A DNA stretch of 64,000 nt from Marsupella aquatica (lineage: Eukaryota; Plantae; Marchantiophyta), in assembly GCA_973895155.1 (NCBI GenBank), contig OZ316891.1, positions 18,213,802 to 18,277,801 of the forward strand, given 5' to 3'. A model generated the notes under the pieces. That model did no database searches. It saw nothing but the letters and a program-made list of their open reading frames with translations, and had not been told where the DNA came from. The position numbers were made by a program, and so were the translations under genes. Shown in pieces: positions 52,000-63,080 of the stretch (positions within the stretch are counted from its first letter, which is position 1; every line of letters starts with the position of its first letter).

Positions 52000-52356
52000 C
52001 GTGAGGTGATATTAAATTGGACAGTGGTGGTTCAAAAACGAGGTGGTATTAACTGGACAGAGGTGGTTCAAAAATGAGGTGGTATCAACTGGACAGTGCT
52101 GGTTTAAAAATGACGTGGTATTAAACCCCACCCCGCCCAAAACAACCTATGCTACTCCCTACACTCATGCTTGTTAGGCGGAAAAAAAAATCACAAGTGC
52201 AAGACGTCTTGTAAAGCCATGGTATTAACTGGACAGTGGTGGTTCAAAAATGAGGTGGTATTGAACCCTACCCTGCCCAAAACAACCTATGCTACTCCCT
52301 ACACTCATGCTTGTTAGGCGAAAAAAATCACAAGTGCAAGACGTCTTGTAAAGCCA
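52000..52356. repeat. 37-bp repeats plus ~140-bp tandem duplication immediately upstream of CBP20
   Basis: gaggtggtattaactggacagtggtggttcaaaaa x4. The block ccc.gcccaaaacaacctatgctactccctacactcatgcttgttaggcg...gtcttgtaaagcca occurs twice (about 52114-52219 and 52255-52356). Confidence 0.85.
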
Positions 52357-52598
52357 CCCGGAGATTTGAACCCGTCTCGTCTGCGCCACATTCGTCACTA
52401 TCCTCGTGTAAACAACGACGACAAGAGCAGCAGTAGCAGTAGACGAGACGAAATACACGAGAACAGAATGTCGGGGCTGAAGGAGGCTGGCGCCGAACGA
52501 AAGTGCTGCTCCTCTCCCGAATGCCAAATTTGAGGAGAAGAGGAGGAGCATTTTGAATAAAGCGATTGCAGGAGGAGGTGGAGGAGGGAAATCGAGCC

Positions 52599-53399
52599 AT
52601 GGCTCGGCTGTTCAAGAATCCGGAGCAGCTCTCAGCGTACCGAGATCGGCGCTTCACAGGGTCGCAGGATGAATTCGAGGTCGCGCTTCGCACTTCGGTG
52701 ACGGTGTACGTGGGAAACCTATCTTTCTACACCACGGAGGAGCAGATCTACGAGGTGTTCTCGCGGACGGGCGAAATCAAGAAGATAATCATGGGGCTGG
52801 ACAAGAACTCGAAGACGCCCTGCGGGTTCTGCTTCGTGACTTATTATACGAGAGACGACGCCGACGACTCCGTGAAGTACATCAGCGGAACGATTCTGGA
52901 CGACCGGCCAATTCGGGTGGACTTCGATTGGGGCTTTCAGGAGGGACGGCAGTGGGGGCGGGGCAGGAGCGGGGGCCAAGTGCGGGACGAGTACCGCACT
53001 GATTATGATCCTGGCAGAGGAGGTTATGGCAAGATAGTGCAGAAGGAGCTGGAGTCTCGCAGGCAGCTTGTAGACTATGAAACTCCGGTCGGTGGCCTCG
53101 GAGCTGTGCCAAGTTATAACCCTAGACATGAAGGGAGAACGTTGGCTGAGAGGCTGGGGCCTTATGGTGGCAACGGTGGTGGTGGTGGTGGAGGAGGAGG
53201 TGGTGGTGGTGGGGGCGGAGGGGGAGGGGGAGGGGGAGGGCATCGTAATAGAGGAGGTGGCTTCAAGAGAAGGCAGAGGGAGGAAGATCAGGCTCCAGCT
53301 GATGGTGTGAAAAGAGTAGACCGCGGTGCCAGACCTGAGCGGAATCCAAGGTTTCGGGAGAAGGGGGATTCTGACGAAGAGGACGGTGGAAAAAATTGA
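52599..53399 (+). CDS. CBP20: Nuclear cap-binding protein subunit 2 (CBP20), single-exon CDS
   Basis: [73 protein letters not shown]...[46 protein letters not shown], followed by a plant-type C-terminus ([15 protein letters not shown]). Confidence 0.97.
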   Translation: MARLFKNPEQLSAYRDRRFTGSQDEFEVALRTSVTVYVGNLSFYTTEEQIYEVFSRTGEIKKIIMGLDKNSKTPCGFCFVTYYTRDDADDSVKYISGTILDDRPIRVDFDWGFQEGRQWGRGRSGGQVRDEYRTDYDPGRGGYGKIVQKELESRRQLVDYETPVGGLGAVPSYNPRHEGRTLAERLGPYGGNGGGGGGGGGGGGGGGGGGGGGGHRNRGGGFKRRQREEDQAPADGVKRVDRGARPERNPRFREKGDSDEEDGGKN

Positions 53400-55499
53400 T
53401 ACCGCCTGTAGGGTTTCAGTCACTCTGAAATGCGTAGATTCTGATGAAGGTCCAGGTGGAGAAAAATCCATATGGCCTATAGGATTTAGTCACATACGAG
53501 AGCGCGGAAACAGATTCAACTTAGTTGTATATTAACGTGTTTTTTAGGTCACTGTGAGGATTCCGATGAGGATTATGGAGAGTCTACCAGATTTAAGCAC
53601 ACCATTTGTATACCAGACTGCTGGTGTTTGAAATTGATCGTCAATGATTGATCTCCCAATCGGTAGGAGAAAATCTGTCAATTCAAACTGGCTTCGCAGG
53701 GTAATTCTCTTACGTGTGAAACAAGGAGAACAGGAGGATAGACTGAAGTGTAAATTAGAGGACTGTGATCTTCTAGATCAGGGTGAGATTTGAAATGAGG
53801 AAAATGCACAGGCAATCTTGATTTCAGCGTACCAGTTGCTACATCCAAGTACTGTATCAAAGTGGTCATGGGCTTGAATCATATATGCGGTAGCATCAGG
53901 AGGTTTCTATGTTAGGATTTTGTCGAGATAACTCACCCGCCGGTTCTTACCAATTTTGTCAGCAGCAGGTGTGATTGTGCAACCGCCGCTGGTATGCCTA
54001 AAAATCGGGATTGCCTTGAGCATTCCGCTTTGAGTGGGTTTGAAAAATCAAAATATATAAAGAAGCAATTCATTAGGCTCGCGAAATCAATCCTGCTCCA
54101 TGAAATAGTTGCTTGGGTTTTTCAGATGACACTCTTTTGATTTGTCGCCATTCTCCTCCTTTGATTTCTGTCACCATTCTCCGAATGGATGCCCGCTTCA
54201 GAACACTATTCTCAGGGTTCCACAGTATATCACGTTCGGCCTTCTTGGCTCTGCGATTTTACTTTACTTCTACCTCTATTGCTTCACGCCTTAATTATCC
54301 CGCACTAATAAGGCCCGCTTGGTAGTCGAAATGGAGTGTAGACATGGGCTCCCTAAAGAATCACCCGTCAAGACGTGAAGTGCAGTATATAGACTGCAGT
54401 ATACAGCAGGCCTTCCGTGTGGGTTTCTCATCGCGTGCATACCGCACTCGCCATTCATATGAAGGCATATGTCATACTTTATCTGGTGACTTGTTGCAAC
54501 ATACTTTGCGCTATTTCTCTATAGAGGAAACGGCCATAACACACAGGTATTTGCACACAGCAGGTAGTTTCCAATGCCTAACTGAGAGCCATGCCCAGGA
54601 TCAAACGAAGTATACTGTATACCACTAAAAATAATTAATTCCAGAATCACACGCCCGCTGTCCTTTCCAGTGGACTAGTGTTGCTCGTACCTATGGCAGT
54701 TAATGTGGGTGTACAAACGGGTCTTGAATATATCTGTCTTGGGGCAAGATGTTTAGAATTTACATCGTGCTGAATTATCAGCGTACTGCTGTTGCCAACG
54801 ACCCCGACCGTCGATTTATTCAGAAAATTGTATATCAATGTTCCGAAGTGAACAACATAGTCAATTTGGAACTCCAAACTTTCAAAACTCTTTTAAAACT
54901 ACTGTAGATATATTGTGCATCACTTGATGTATTGCTGGGGGTCTACTGCAATACATCAATGTTGTACGGTGAAGACGTTCTCTAGTATGTGAAGCTGCAT
55001 CCAGAGTTTCACAGAATTAAGAGTATGAAAACTATGATATGGCTGCGAAGAATCAAGATGACCAACAGAATCTTCCGTCATAGCTTCCCTGACATTGACA
55101 ATTATATTGCTATGTACGTGTGGCTTCGGTCAGGAGTACAGAGCTTTCTTTCAGGGTATGTGAACTTATTCAAGGATTTCTCTTCCTTCTGTCCAGTTCA
55201 ACGACTTCCTGAGGTCTCCTTCCAGAATTGTGCTGTTCAACATGGATTTCTAATTCTTGCAAATAATCAGTGTCCTACAACAAAACGTCTACATAGAAAT
55301 TAATGCTCCAAAACATGATTTGGTATTATTGCTGGGTCTACTGCAAACACTTTGTTTGAAGACCAACCTGGATAAATCCTGCTAGCTTCTCCTTCGGACA
55401 GAGTAACTAATCCTACTGACATTTTACAAACATCCACTCTCTACTAGAGCTAAAACACATCACATTTCTAAACGATCAATATGACCGGCTGTGCTTCTT

Positions 55500-55533
55500 C
55501 TACTACTACTACTACTACTACTACTAGTACTAC
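55500..55533. repeat. (TAC)n microsatellite downstream of the COX10 stop codon
   Basis: About 9-10 tac units. Confidence 0.85.
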
Positions 55534-55611
55534 AACAGTAAATATGGACCGGACCAAGATCAGTTGAGCTCGATAACGTCCATCGATACATGTGTTCCTG
55601 ACAACACGCAA

Positions 55612-57180
55612 TTAATAATAATCTGGGGCCGGAAGAAAAGGAAAGGGGGCAGCAGATATGCGTGAAATGGGAGGTGGAGGCAGGTCTGTCCCTCTCCTAT
55701 GCTGTGCTGTCCTTTTCTGTTCTGAATCACCTGTCGTATGAGCACTTAGTAATGGACGAGGAAAATTGTGGAACTCTCGAGTTTCATGGGCATCAATTGT
55801 AGCAAATTGTTCGGATTTTACATTCGAATTTGGAATCCGGTGAACAACCATGGCAGTCATCAAAATTGGAAGGTACAACAGGCTTGTTCGAAAGAGCTTG
55901 CGAGCAGATTCAGGGCCCGGTCGGTGGTAAAAAAGAGCAGCAGCTGCACCTATACCAGCTGTGAGGACAAGATTCTCGACTCCAAAATATCCAGATGTAG
56001 TGCCCCACTGTTGGGCAAGGAACCCCAAAGGAAGAAGATATACACAATTGCGTAGAGCACACAAAGCTGTTCTTTTGCCCGAAGAATCCAGCAAGGACAG
56101 CATTTTGTAGCCTCCTGCAGTATAATCCCTCCTGAAAAGAAATGCCAGAGCCATGAAATGTGGAATCTGCCAAAAATACAGAGCAGAGGCGAGAACCCAT
56201 GCTCCTGCATCAACCTGACCACTGGCTGCAGCCCAGCCAAGTAGTGGTGGAATGCCACCCACAACTGCCCCAACCCACGTGTTGATATAATGAATTTGCT
56301 TCAAAGGTGTGTACACTAGTGAGTACAGCAATATATTCGCTGCTCCCAGTTCTGCAGCCACAGCAGAGGTTTTGAAGGCCAACAAATAGACCCCAGTGAT
56401 GCCAGCAGTCACAGCGAATGCCAGAGCATGAGCCGTGCTCATCCGCCCTGCTGGCAAGGGCCTTCGCATTGTCCGCTTCATTCTTCCGTCATTTGCCACT
56501 TCCAAAATCTGATTCAATGCATTGGCAGAAGAAGCAGCCAGCATAGTACCCACCGACGTCCAAGCAAGACCCATCCAATTCACCACCTCTCCACTACCCA
56601 TCACATATCCCACAGCTGCTGTTGAAGTTACGAACAAACTCAGGTGAGCTTTCGAGAGCTGGCGATAACAATCCCCATAAAACCGAATCACCTGAAGAAT
56701 TCCACTTTGCCCTGTCAAATTAATCGCCCCAGTATTAGCACTGCCAGATACGAGAGATGCTGCTGCCACTTGCCCTGCTCCGACTCCTCCTCCGCTCACA
56801 ACAGTAGGCTTCACTTTGGCAAACTTTGCAGCTTCCATAAACCATCGCGAACTGAATTTCGGGCTGCCATGAGGCCCCTCAACAGAGAATCCCAGACGAT
56901 TTGGCCTGGCTACGAATGTTCGCCTCAATGCATACGACGAACCAAATCCAACAAAGCTAAGCAAATCCTCTTTGCTCGCACCATTTTGCGCGCATCTCAG
57001 GCGACAAAGATGCGAAACCTCCGATGAAAAATCTCTACCTGTACTCCACACAGGATAACGGAGATTTTCACCGAGAGAGGGCAATCTGTGTTCTACAACG
57101 TCCCTCAAGCCTCGGGTAGCGAATTTCACCAACCCTGTGCCAACCCTAAACGCCCTCTTTCCCCCTTCTCCCATCATCAT
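55612..57180 (-). CDS. COX10: Protoheme IX farnesyltransferase (heme O synthase), mitochondrial, single-exon CDS
   Basis: Open ORF of about 522 aa. YRQLSKAHLS..V..TAA.GY; ANALNQILEV.ND..MKRT.RRPLP.GR; LYSLVYTPLKQIH.INTWVGAVVGGIPPLLGWAAA; YFWQIPHFMALA...R.DY.AGGY.M; plant C-terminus PPISRISAAPFPFLPAP. Confidence 0.96.
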   Translation of the reverse strand: MMMGEGGKRAFRVGTGLVKFATRGLRDVVEHRLPSLGENLRYPVWSTGRDFSSEVSHLCRLRCAQNGASKEDLLSFVGFGSSYALRRTFVARPNRLGFSVEGPHGSPKFSSRWFMEAAKFAKVKPTVVSGGGVGAGQVAAASLVSGSANTGAINLTGQSGILQVIRFYGDCYRQLSKAHLSLFVTSTAAVGYVMGSGEVVNWMGLAWTSVGTMLAASSANALNQILEVANDGRMKRTMRRPLPAGRMSTAHALAFAVTAGITGVYLLAFKTSAVAAELGAANILLYSLVYTPLKQIHYINTWVGAVVGGIPPLLGWAAASGQVDAGAWVLASALYFWQIPHFMALAFLFRRDYTAGGYKMLSLLDSSGKRTALCALRNCVYLLPLGFLAQQWGTTSGYFGVENLVLTAGIGAAAALFYHRPGPESARKLFRTSLLYLPILMTAMVVHRIPNSNVKSEQFATIDAHETREFHNFPRPLLSAHTTGDSEQKRTAQHRRGTDLPPPPISRISAAPFPFLPAPDYY

Positions 57181-57849
57181 CCACAAGGACTCCAGCAGAA
57201 GCAGGAGAACCCTAATAGTCCTCTAGGAAGACATCGTAGAATTATTCTCAATAAGACCGTCGATCCCAACCTTCCACTTCTCCGGCGGATCCGTTCATCT
57301 CGTAGATAAGCTCCATTTCTCAGCTAGAGGATTACATGTAGTCATCATATTTCAAGTCTTTCATTCTCGCCCACCTTCTGGAGTCGGTCTGCTGGTTAAC
57401 ACATGCTCAGGTCCAAAGAGAGATCATCGAATTCCAGAAAACAACAACAACACGAGGAGAAACGAAGAAAAGAGCTAGCACGCCTGCCACAAGCCTGGTT
57501 TTTCGCTATGGAGTTGTGAACTGCAGAAGAGGACGGGTTCCAGCCATTGCTACAATTCCGAGACGATTTCGAGAACCCAATTGTCACAACCCTGATTCGA
57601 TAGATTTCGGATCTTCAACCTCCACTCCCGCTTGGAAGACATCTCCAGGTTCGCCACCTTTTCGGAAGTGAGATACAGAGCTCATGCACAAAGAAGGGCA
57701 GACTGAAATCAAGTGTAAAACACTGGGGAATGGATGCGTCAACTGTCCTGAATCTGCAACCCTCGCTCTCGACTCTCTACTCTCGAGGGATCGAATTGGT
57801 GACGAATCTCATCTTGTGTGAAGGAGAAATGCTAAGAATGTTAGTCACA

Positions 57850-58450
57850 GAATATTCCTAGATTAATTTTGACTCTTAGACATCTCTAGATATTAATATT
57901 CCTAGATTAATTTGGACTCTTAGATGTCTCTAGATTTAAGGATGACTGTGGATAATTTTTACTCTTAGATTTCTCTTGATAATAATATTTCTAGATTTCA
58001 ACTCTTAGATCTCTCCATATTTAAGAATGACTGTTGGATTCTGGCTATTGGGGTGTGTGGCTACATGAGAAATAGATGAGAAACGGGCTAGTTGAAGACA
58101 AACAGCCTGGCTAATCTTTGCCAAAACTGCAATATTATTATTTTGACTTTCAGACCTCTCTAGATTTGAGAATGAGTGTCAGATTTTAGCTATTAGGGTC
58201 TGTGGCTAGGTGAGAAACTGGCAGTTAAAACAAAAAGCTGGGCCAATCTTTGCCAAAAGTGCAGTATTCCAAGATTAATTTGACCCTTAGATCTCACTAG
58301 ATTTAAGGTTGCCAACAGTGTAATATTCCAACATAAATTTTGACCCTTACATCTCACCAGATTATGGATGGCTGACAGATTTTGGCTGTTGGGATTGGGG
58401 CTAGGGTAGTTGAAGACAATTACAAAAGCTTGGCCAATCTTTGACAAAAG
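57850..58450. repeat. Degenerate AT-rich repeats (atattcctagattaatttttgactcttaga.atctctagat units)
   Basis: The motif recurs about 6 times, together with duplicated ctaatctttgccaaaa and gttgaagacaa segments. Confidence 0.65.
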
Positions 58451-58558
58451 TGGGAACAGCAGTGAGGTGGAATTTGGCCAATATAACCGCTCAAAGAAAG
58501 GCTGACCTGTATTATTCATACAAAACCAGAAGTTGAAGCTTGGATGGATACAAAGGTT

Positions 58559-58779
58559 TGATGTGATGCCCGGATAGACATGTGAAACCCTGATCTACAC
58601 AAATATTAGGTGGAAGTGTGAAGTTTGGATGGATGTAAAATTTTGAGGTAATACTCGAACCTCCAACGTGTGATGTGATGCCTAGATAGACGTGTGAAAC
58701 CCTGATCGACACAAATAATTAAGTGGAAGTGTGAAGTTTGGATGGATGTAAAATTTTGAGGTAATACTCGGACCTCCAA
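58559..58779. repeat. 112-bp tandem duplication
   Basis: tgatgtgatgcc..gatagac.tgtgaaaccctgatc.acacaaata...gtggaagtgtgaagtttggatggatgtaaaattttgaggtaatactcg.acctccaa at 58559 and 58671. Confidence 0.9.
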
Positions 58780-59447
58780 ACAAAGTGTGCACAGCTCAAA
58801 AAGTTTGGGACTTGCTTTGTGTTGTTAAGTGGTGTCAGCGAGCACTACAGTAGTACTGCTCAAAATCTGATATTCTCAGTTATCATTTCAGTTTTTTTGT
58901 AGAAGCTGATCATCCTTATGGTAGAAAGTGTTCTGTGGATTCCTCTCATATTCTGTCAATGGAGCACCCTTCATTCTCATTCAACTGATAAAGTTGGGTT
59001 CCCTGGGTTATCATGGTTATGGTATCTATAACTTCTTACACTTCTATATCATGACACTACCTATGTTCTGAGGGTATGGTAACTTGTCATGTCTTAAAAC
59101 ACTTCCATACGTGTCTTAAACACTTCCATACACTAACGTAGTAGGAGTATCTTGACTCTATGAATTGGCCTTGTCCATCCTAGTAACAATCTCAAACATT
59201 TGTGTCCATCCTAGTAACTGTCAAACGTTTGTGTCCATCCTACTGTAGCTTCCAGTTGAAGAAACCAACGTTGCAAAGAAAAGAAGGAAAGAAAAAGAAA
59301 CCTAAAAAAACATGAGGTATTTGCTTGATGGACCCTCATAATGAAACTTGTTAGTCGATCTACCCCCTGAGGTCTATGAACGGTCCAGATCTGAGATCAA
59401 GAGGTCCATTAAGTGTGTCCAGATTGGGGAAAAGTATCAGAGGGTTA

Positions 59448-59661
59448 ATTAAGCAAACTTTTTTCAGAAGGGGGGTCTACTAATCATATCTCTCGAAAAA
59501 CATAGAGCTTGAGGGGAAAGAATACCCTGTAATTGGTGACTGGCTTGACCGGTTGATTAAGCAAACTTTTTTCAGAAGGGGGTCTACTAAGCATATCTCT
59601 CGAAAAAACATCGAGCTTGAGGGGAAAGAATACACTGTAATTGGTGACTGGCTTGACCGGT
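59448..59661. repeat. 108-bp tandem duplication in NSA2 upstream region
   Basis: attaagcaaactttttcagaaggggg(g)tctactaa.catatctctcgaaaaa...gtaattggtgactggcttgaccgg at 59448 and 59556. Confidence 0.9.
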
Positions 59662-59899
59662 GACATTCAAGGCCGATACTGTATACCCGGTCTCCAGCGA
59701 CTGTCTCAGCCGGTGGCCAAAAAACGAAACTCGCAGCCTCCAAAGGCGAGAGAGAGAGAGCGAGAGAGAGCGAGAGAGAGGCAAAGGTCGAAGAGGGGTT
59801 TAGGAAGCGCGAGCGACTGATTGCATTTCGGGTGGCAAACACAATCCGGGAAGAAATTTCACACACGATATCAAGCTAGAGCATTGATCGTTCGCCAAA

Positions 59900-62800
59900 A
59901 TGGTAAGTCTGCTCATTTTTCGACTGTTCATGTGGTGCATTTGGTGAGGCGAACCTGTGTGTGTGTCTGTCGAGCGAACTGTCGCTTCTAGGTCATGGAA
60001 TTTTGGATCGAGTAAGTTTTTCGCAGCGTCTCAATTCGACTGCTCCGCATCGGAGAGGTGGGGTGTTGTTTATGGCAAGCCTCGCGTCAGTTGTGTCTGT
60101 TTGTCGAGAGAATTGCTGTTTAGGTCGTAGAATTTTGGCCCTAGTAGGCTTTTATCTGTGTCTCAATCCCTTGCGCTGTAGCTGCGTATGTGGATTGGAC
60201 TTTTAGGCTAGTAGTAAAACCCTGGCGTTATTGGTCTAAAGGGTGAGAGCAGTTCCTTGGATGATCCTTAGCTCGCTGGTGCTACCTTTTTGCTTATGTT
60301 TCAGTATATTTTTTGCGGTTCTGCTGCGAGCCGGAGTCGTCGGGGTTTGGGTTGATGATGTTAAAGCCCCGATACTAGGGTTTTAGTTGCAGTGGAGTAG
60401 CTGATTCGTTGTCTACTCGTTCGATGTAACGTTTTTTCCGGCTATGGAATTGTGAACGAGTTTGTGAGACGTCAGTCCTTGCGGAAAGATTGTCAAGGGC
60501 ACTTGTGGATAGGTTTTTGGACCTGTTGCTGGAGTAAATTTCATTGCGTCATATCTGGGCCCTCTGTCTACGCAGCCACAGGCTGTTCTTCTTTGAGTCA
60601 AATCACCCTGACCTTGTCAACCAGGCCCCAATGGTCGGTCTTACTTTTTCCCTTGGAATCCAAGATTTTTATTCTTCCGAGGCGCTCGAAATCGTCGTGA
60701 TGTTGGCTAGGGTTAGGGCGGCTGGTTGTCCTTGGACGAAGTGGGTTAAATTGCGTAGTCTGGAATCTTCATTTGAAGGTGTGAACGCTGACCTGTATCG
60801 TTGCAGTTGAAGTCTGATTGGGTATGATCGTTGAGGATTGCAGCCGCAGGGAGATCATATAGAGTTGCATCGAAAGCGGTTTGGATACCGTCCAGATTAT
60901 TTTGAGAAGAAACGCAAAAAAGATGCCAGGGAGGTTCACAAGCGGGCGGCCTTCGCCCAAAAGGTAAGTATTTGCAGCTCCCTTCCCAAGGCTTCCAGTG
61001 GAATGGTTAAATGTTTCTTGCATGTGCACGGAAAAGTTGTGTGGTCTACATCTGTCCTCGAGGAAACTAATGCTTCATGTCAAAGCACCTTATCCATATT
61101 TGCTCCCAGTCTTGTCTTGTCTGAGCGCTGATTTCTTGAACCTTTTTTGTACGCTTTGGCTAATCACCTTCCAATTTAATTTGCCCCTATGTTTGGTGAT
61201 TACAGGCGTTGGGTATCAAGGGCAAGATGTTTGCAAAGAAGCGTTATGCGGAGAAGGCCACCATGAAAAAAACGTATGCACTTAACCTGCCCAGCAGTGT
61301 GCAAGACCTTCAAATTTTGGAATAATGATTCGTGGGTTGAATTCTGTCGTTAACTGGCTCCTCTTGGTTGACTCTTGCAGGCTTGCTATGCATTCGGAAA
61401 GGACGAACAGACACAAGGCAGAGGATGAAGTTCAAGAAGGAGCCATTCCTGCTTATCTGCTTGACCGTGAAGAAACGGCTCGTGCCAAGGTGCGAAGTTT
61501 GACATTTCGCTTCTGGAACAGATTAGTGTCGGTAGATGCTTGAGTCCATGTTGGGGATATCAAGTCCGAAAGTACACTGACTGGCTGTCGGTGAGTATGA
61601 CTGGCAAGTCGAATTGTTCAGCTCTTAAGACTGATGGTGACTTACAACCCGATAGAGGTTAAATGAGGTTTAAATGTTCATTTGTAGCCGAGGGTGACAT
61701 GTGCGGTCACACAGGATGTTGTGGTTGTGTCTATTGGTAGACCCATAATATCTTGCTGGACTAAAAACTTTCGCCCAATTTGGCCTCACCGAATATGCAC
61801 GGTTTTGTATACAGGTTTTAAGTAACACTATCAAGCAAAAGCGCAAGGAGAAAGCTGGAAAATGGGATGTTCCTCTGCCCAAGGTATTGTCTACTCCATT
61901 TCTCACGTTGCTCTCTGCAGAATGCCGTTAGCTGTGCTTCTACTTTCTACATTATACTTGTCTTTACTTTTTAAATCTTATCTTTCTAAGACTGCGCTGC
62001 TCTGAATATCTCCATTGATGACATTGTCTTTTGCAGGTGCGACCAATTGCAGAAGACGAGATGTTCCGTGTCATCAAATCTGGAAAGAGGAAGAGTAAGT
62101 TTTGACCATTATGATGGATACCTGTATGTAGATGTCCTTGAAAGAGGCGCCGTGAGCTATGCCTTCGAAAGTTATTCCGGGTTGGAGGAAGGTTCCTGTA
62201 GGGTACGGAATTATGTACCGGTGACTTGACCCCGCCCTGTATTTATTATTTGATACAACGTGACCCTCGTCTTTCTCACCTTTCACTTGTTTTTTTTTAA
62301 AATGCAGCTAAGCAATGGAAGAGACTGGTCACCAAGGTGACTTTTGTAGGTCCTGGCTTCACCAGAAAGCCACCAAAGTATGAGAGGTTTATCCGGCCTA
62401 TGGCACTTCGCTTTACAAAAGCCCATGTGACACATCCAGAATTAAAGTGTACCTTCAACTTGGAAATAATCGGCGTCAAGAAGAACCCAAATGGTCCCAT
62501 GTATACATCCATGGGTGTCATTACCAGGGGTACTGTCATCGAGGTATGTGAAACGTTTCTTATTAATAAAATAATGTCATGCTGGATGCCCACATTTACT
62601 TTTCAACCCTGAGAAGTAAGATGTGTGCATGTTTCCAGATTGCAGTCATATCTGGCTTTCTTTGATGGCAGGTACAGAAAATGTGCAAGGGACTGATAAA
62701 TTAGAAATGCCACTTATAGGATCCCAGTAAGGGTGAATTACTGTTATGGATGTGTTGTGTTTCTGTGGTAATTGACAAGTTATTGGAAATTAAAGTTGCA

Positions 62801-63080
62801 TACTGTGCTGGTGATGATTGTTGGGCGACTGCAGGTCAATGTTAGCGAATTGGGTTTGGTGACTCCTGCTGGTAAAGTGGTGTGGGGTAAGTTCTCTATC
62901 TCAGGCTTGCCACCGATCATGTTTTAACTGGGATGTTCAAATCAGACTGATTCTACTGCAGTCATGAAAATCCTTTATCTAATGTCTGACAGGCAACTCT
63001 GGATGCGTGCAGGAAAGTATGCCCAAGTTACCAACAATCCAGAGAATGATGGATGCATCAATGCTGTCTTACTCGTGTAG
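59900..63080 (+). CDS. NSA2: Ribosome biogenesis protein NSA2 homolog, 9 exons
   Basis: Exons 59900-59902 (ATG|gtaagt), 60844-60963, 61206-61273, 61381-61489, 61815-61883, 62037-62094, 62308-62543, 62835-62886 and 63013-63080. Product [33 protein letters not shown]...[16 protein letters not shown]...[37 protein letters not shown]...[23 protein letters not shown]. Confidence 0.97.
60376..60383 (-). promoter_or_regulatory. Telo-box (AAACCCTA) in NSA2 first intron
   Basis: tagggttt on the + strand, with related aaaaccct at about 60216. Telo-boxes are characteristic of plant ribosome-biogenesis genes, but an 8-mer can occur by chance. Confidence 0.4.

Noticed and set aside
52353-52395. tRNA or SINE-like B-box (GGTTCAAATC on minus strand)
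   Set aside because: Only about 3 of 5 T-stem pairs form, and no acceptor or anticodon arms are present, so no cloverleaf can be built.
52719-53471. 250-aa antisense ORF over CBP20
   Set aside because: Shadow ORF arising from the GC-rich coding strand; low-complexity product with no recognisable motif.
54600-55400. Exon-like fragments downstream of COX10 on the minus strand
   Set aside because: Short frames with stops and no recognisable homology; cannot support a gene or pseudogene call.
60352-60416. Box C/D snoRNA candidate in NSA2 intron 1 (TGATGA...CTGA)
   Set aside because: No convincing terminal stem, and no rRNA-complementary guide could be verified by eye; would need snoscan.
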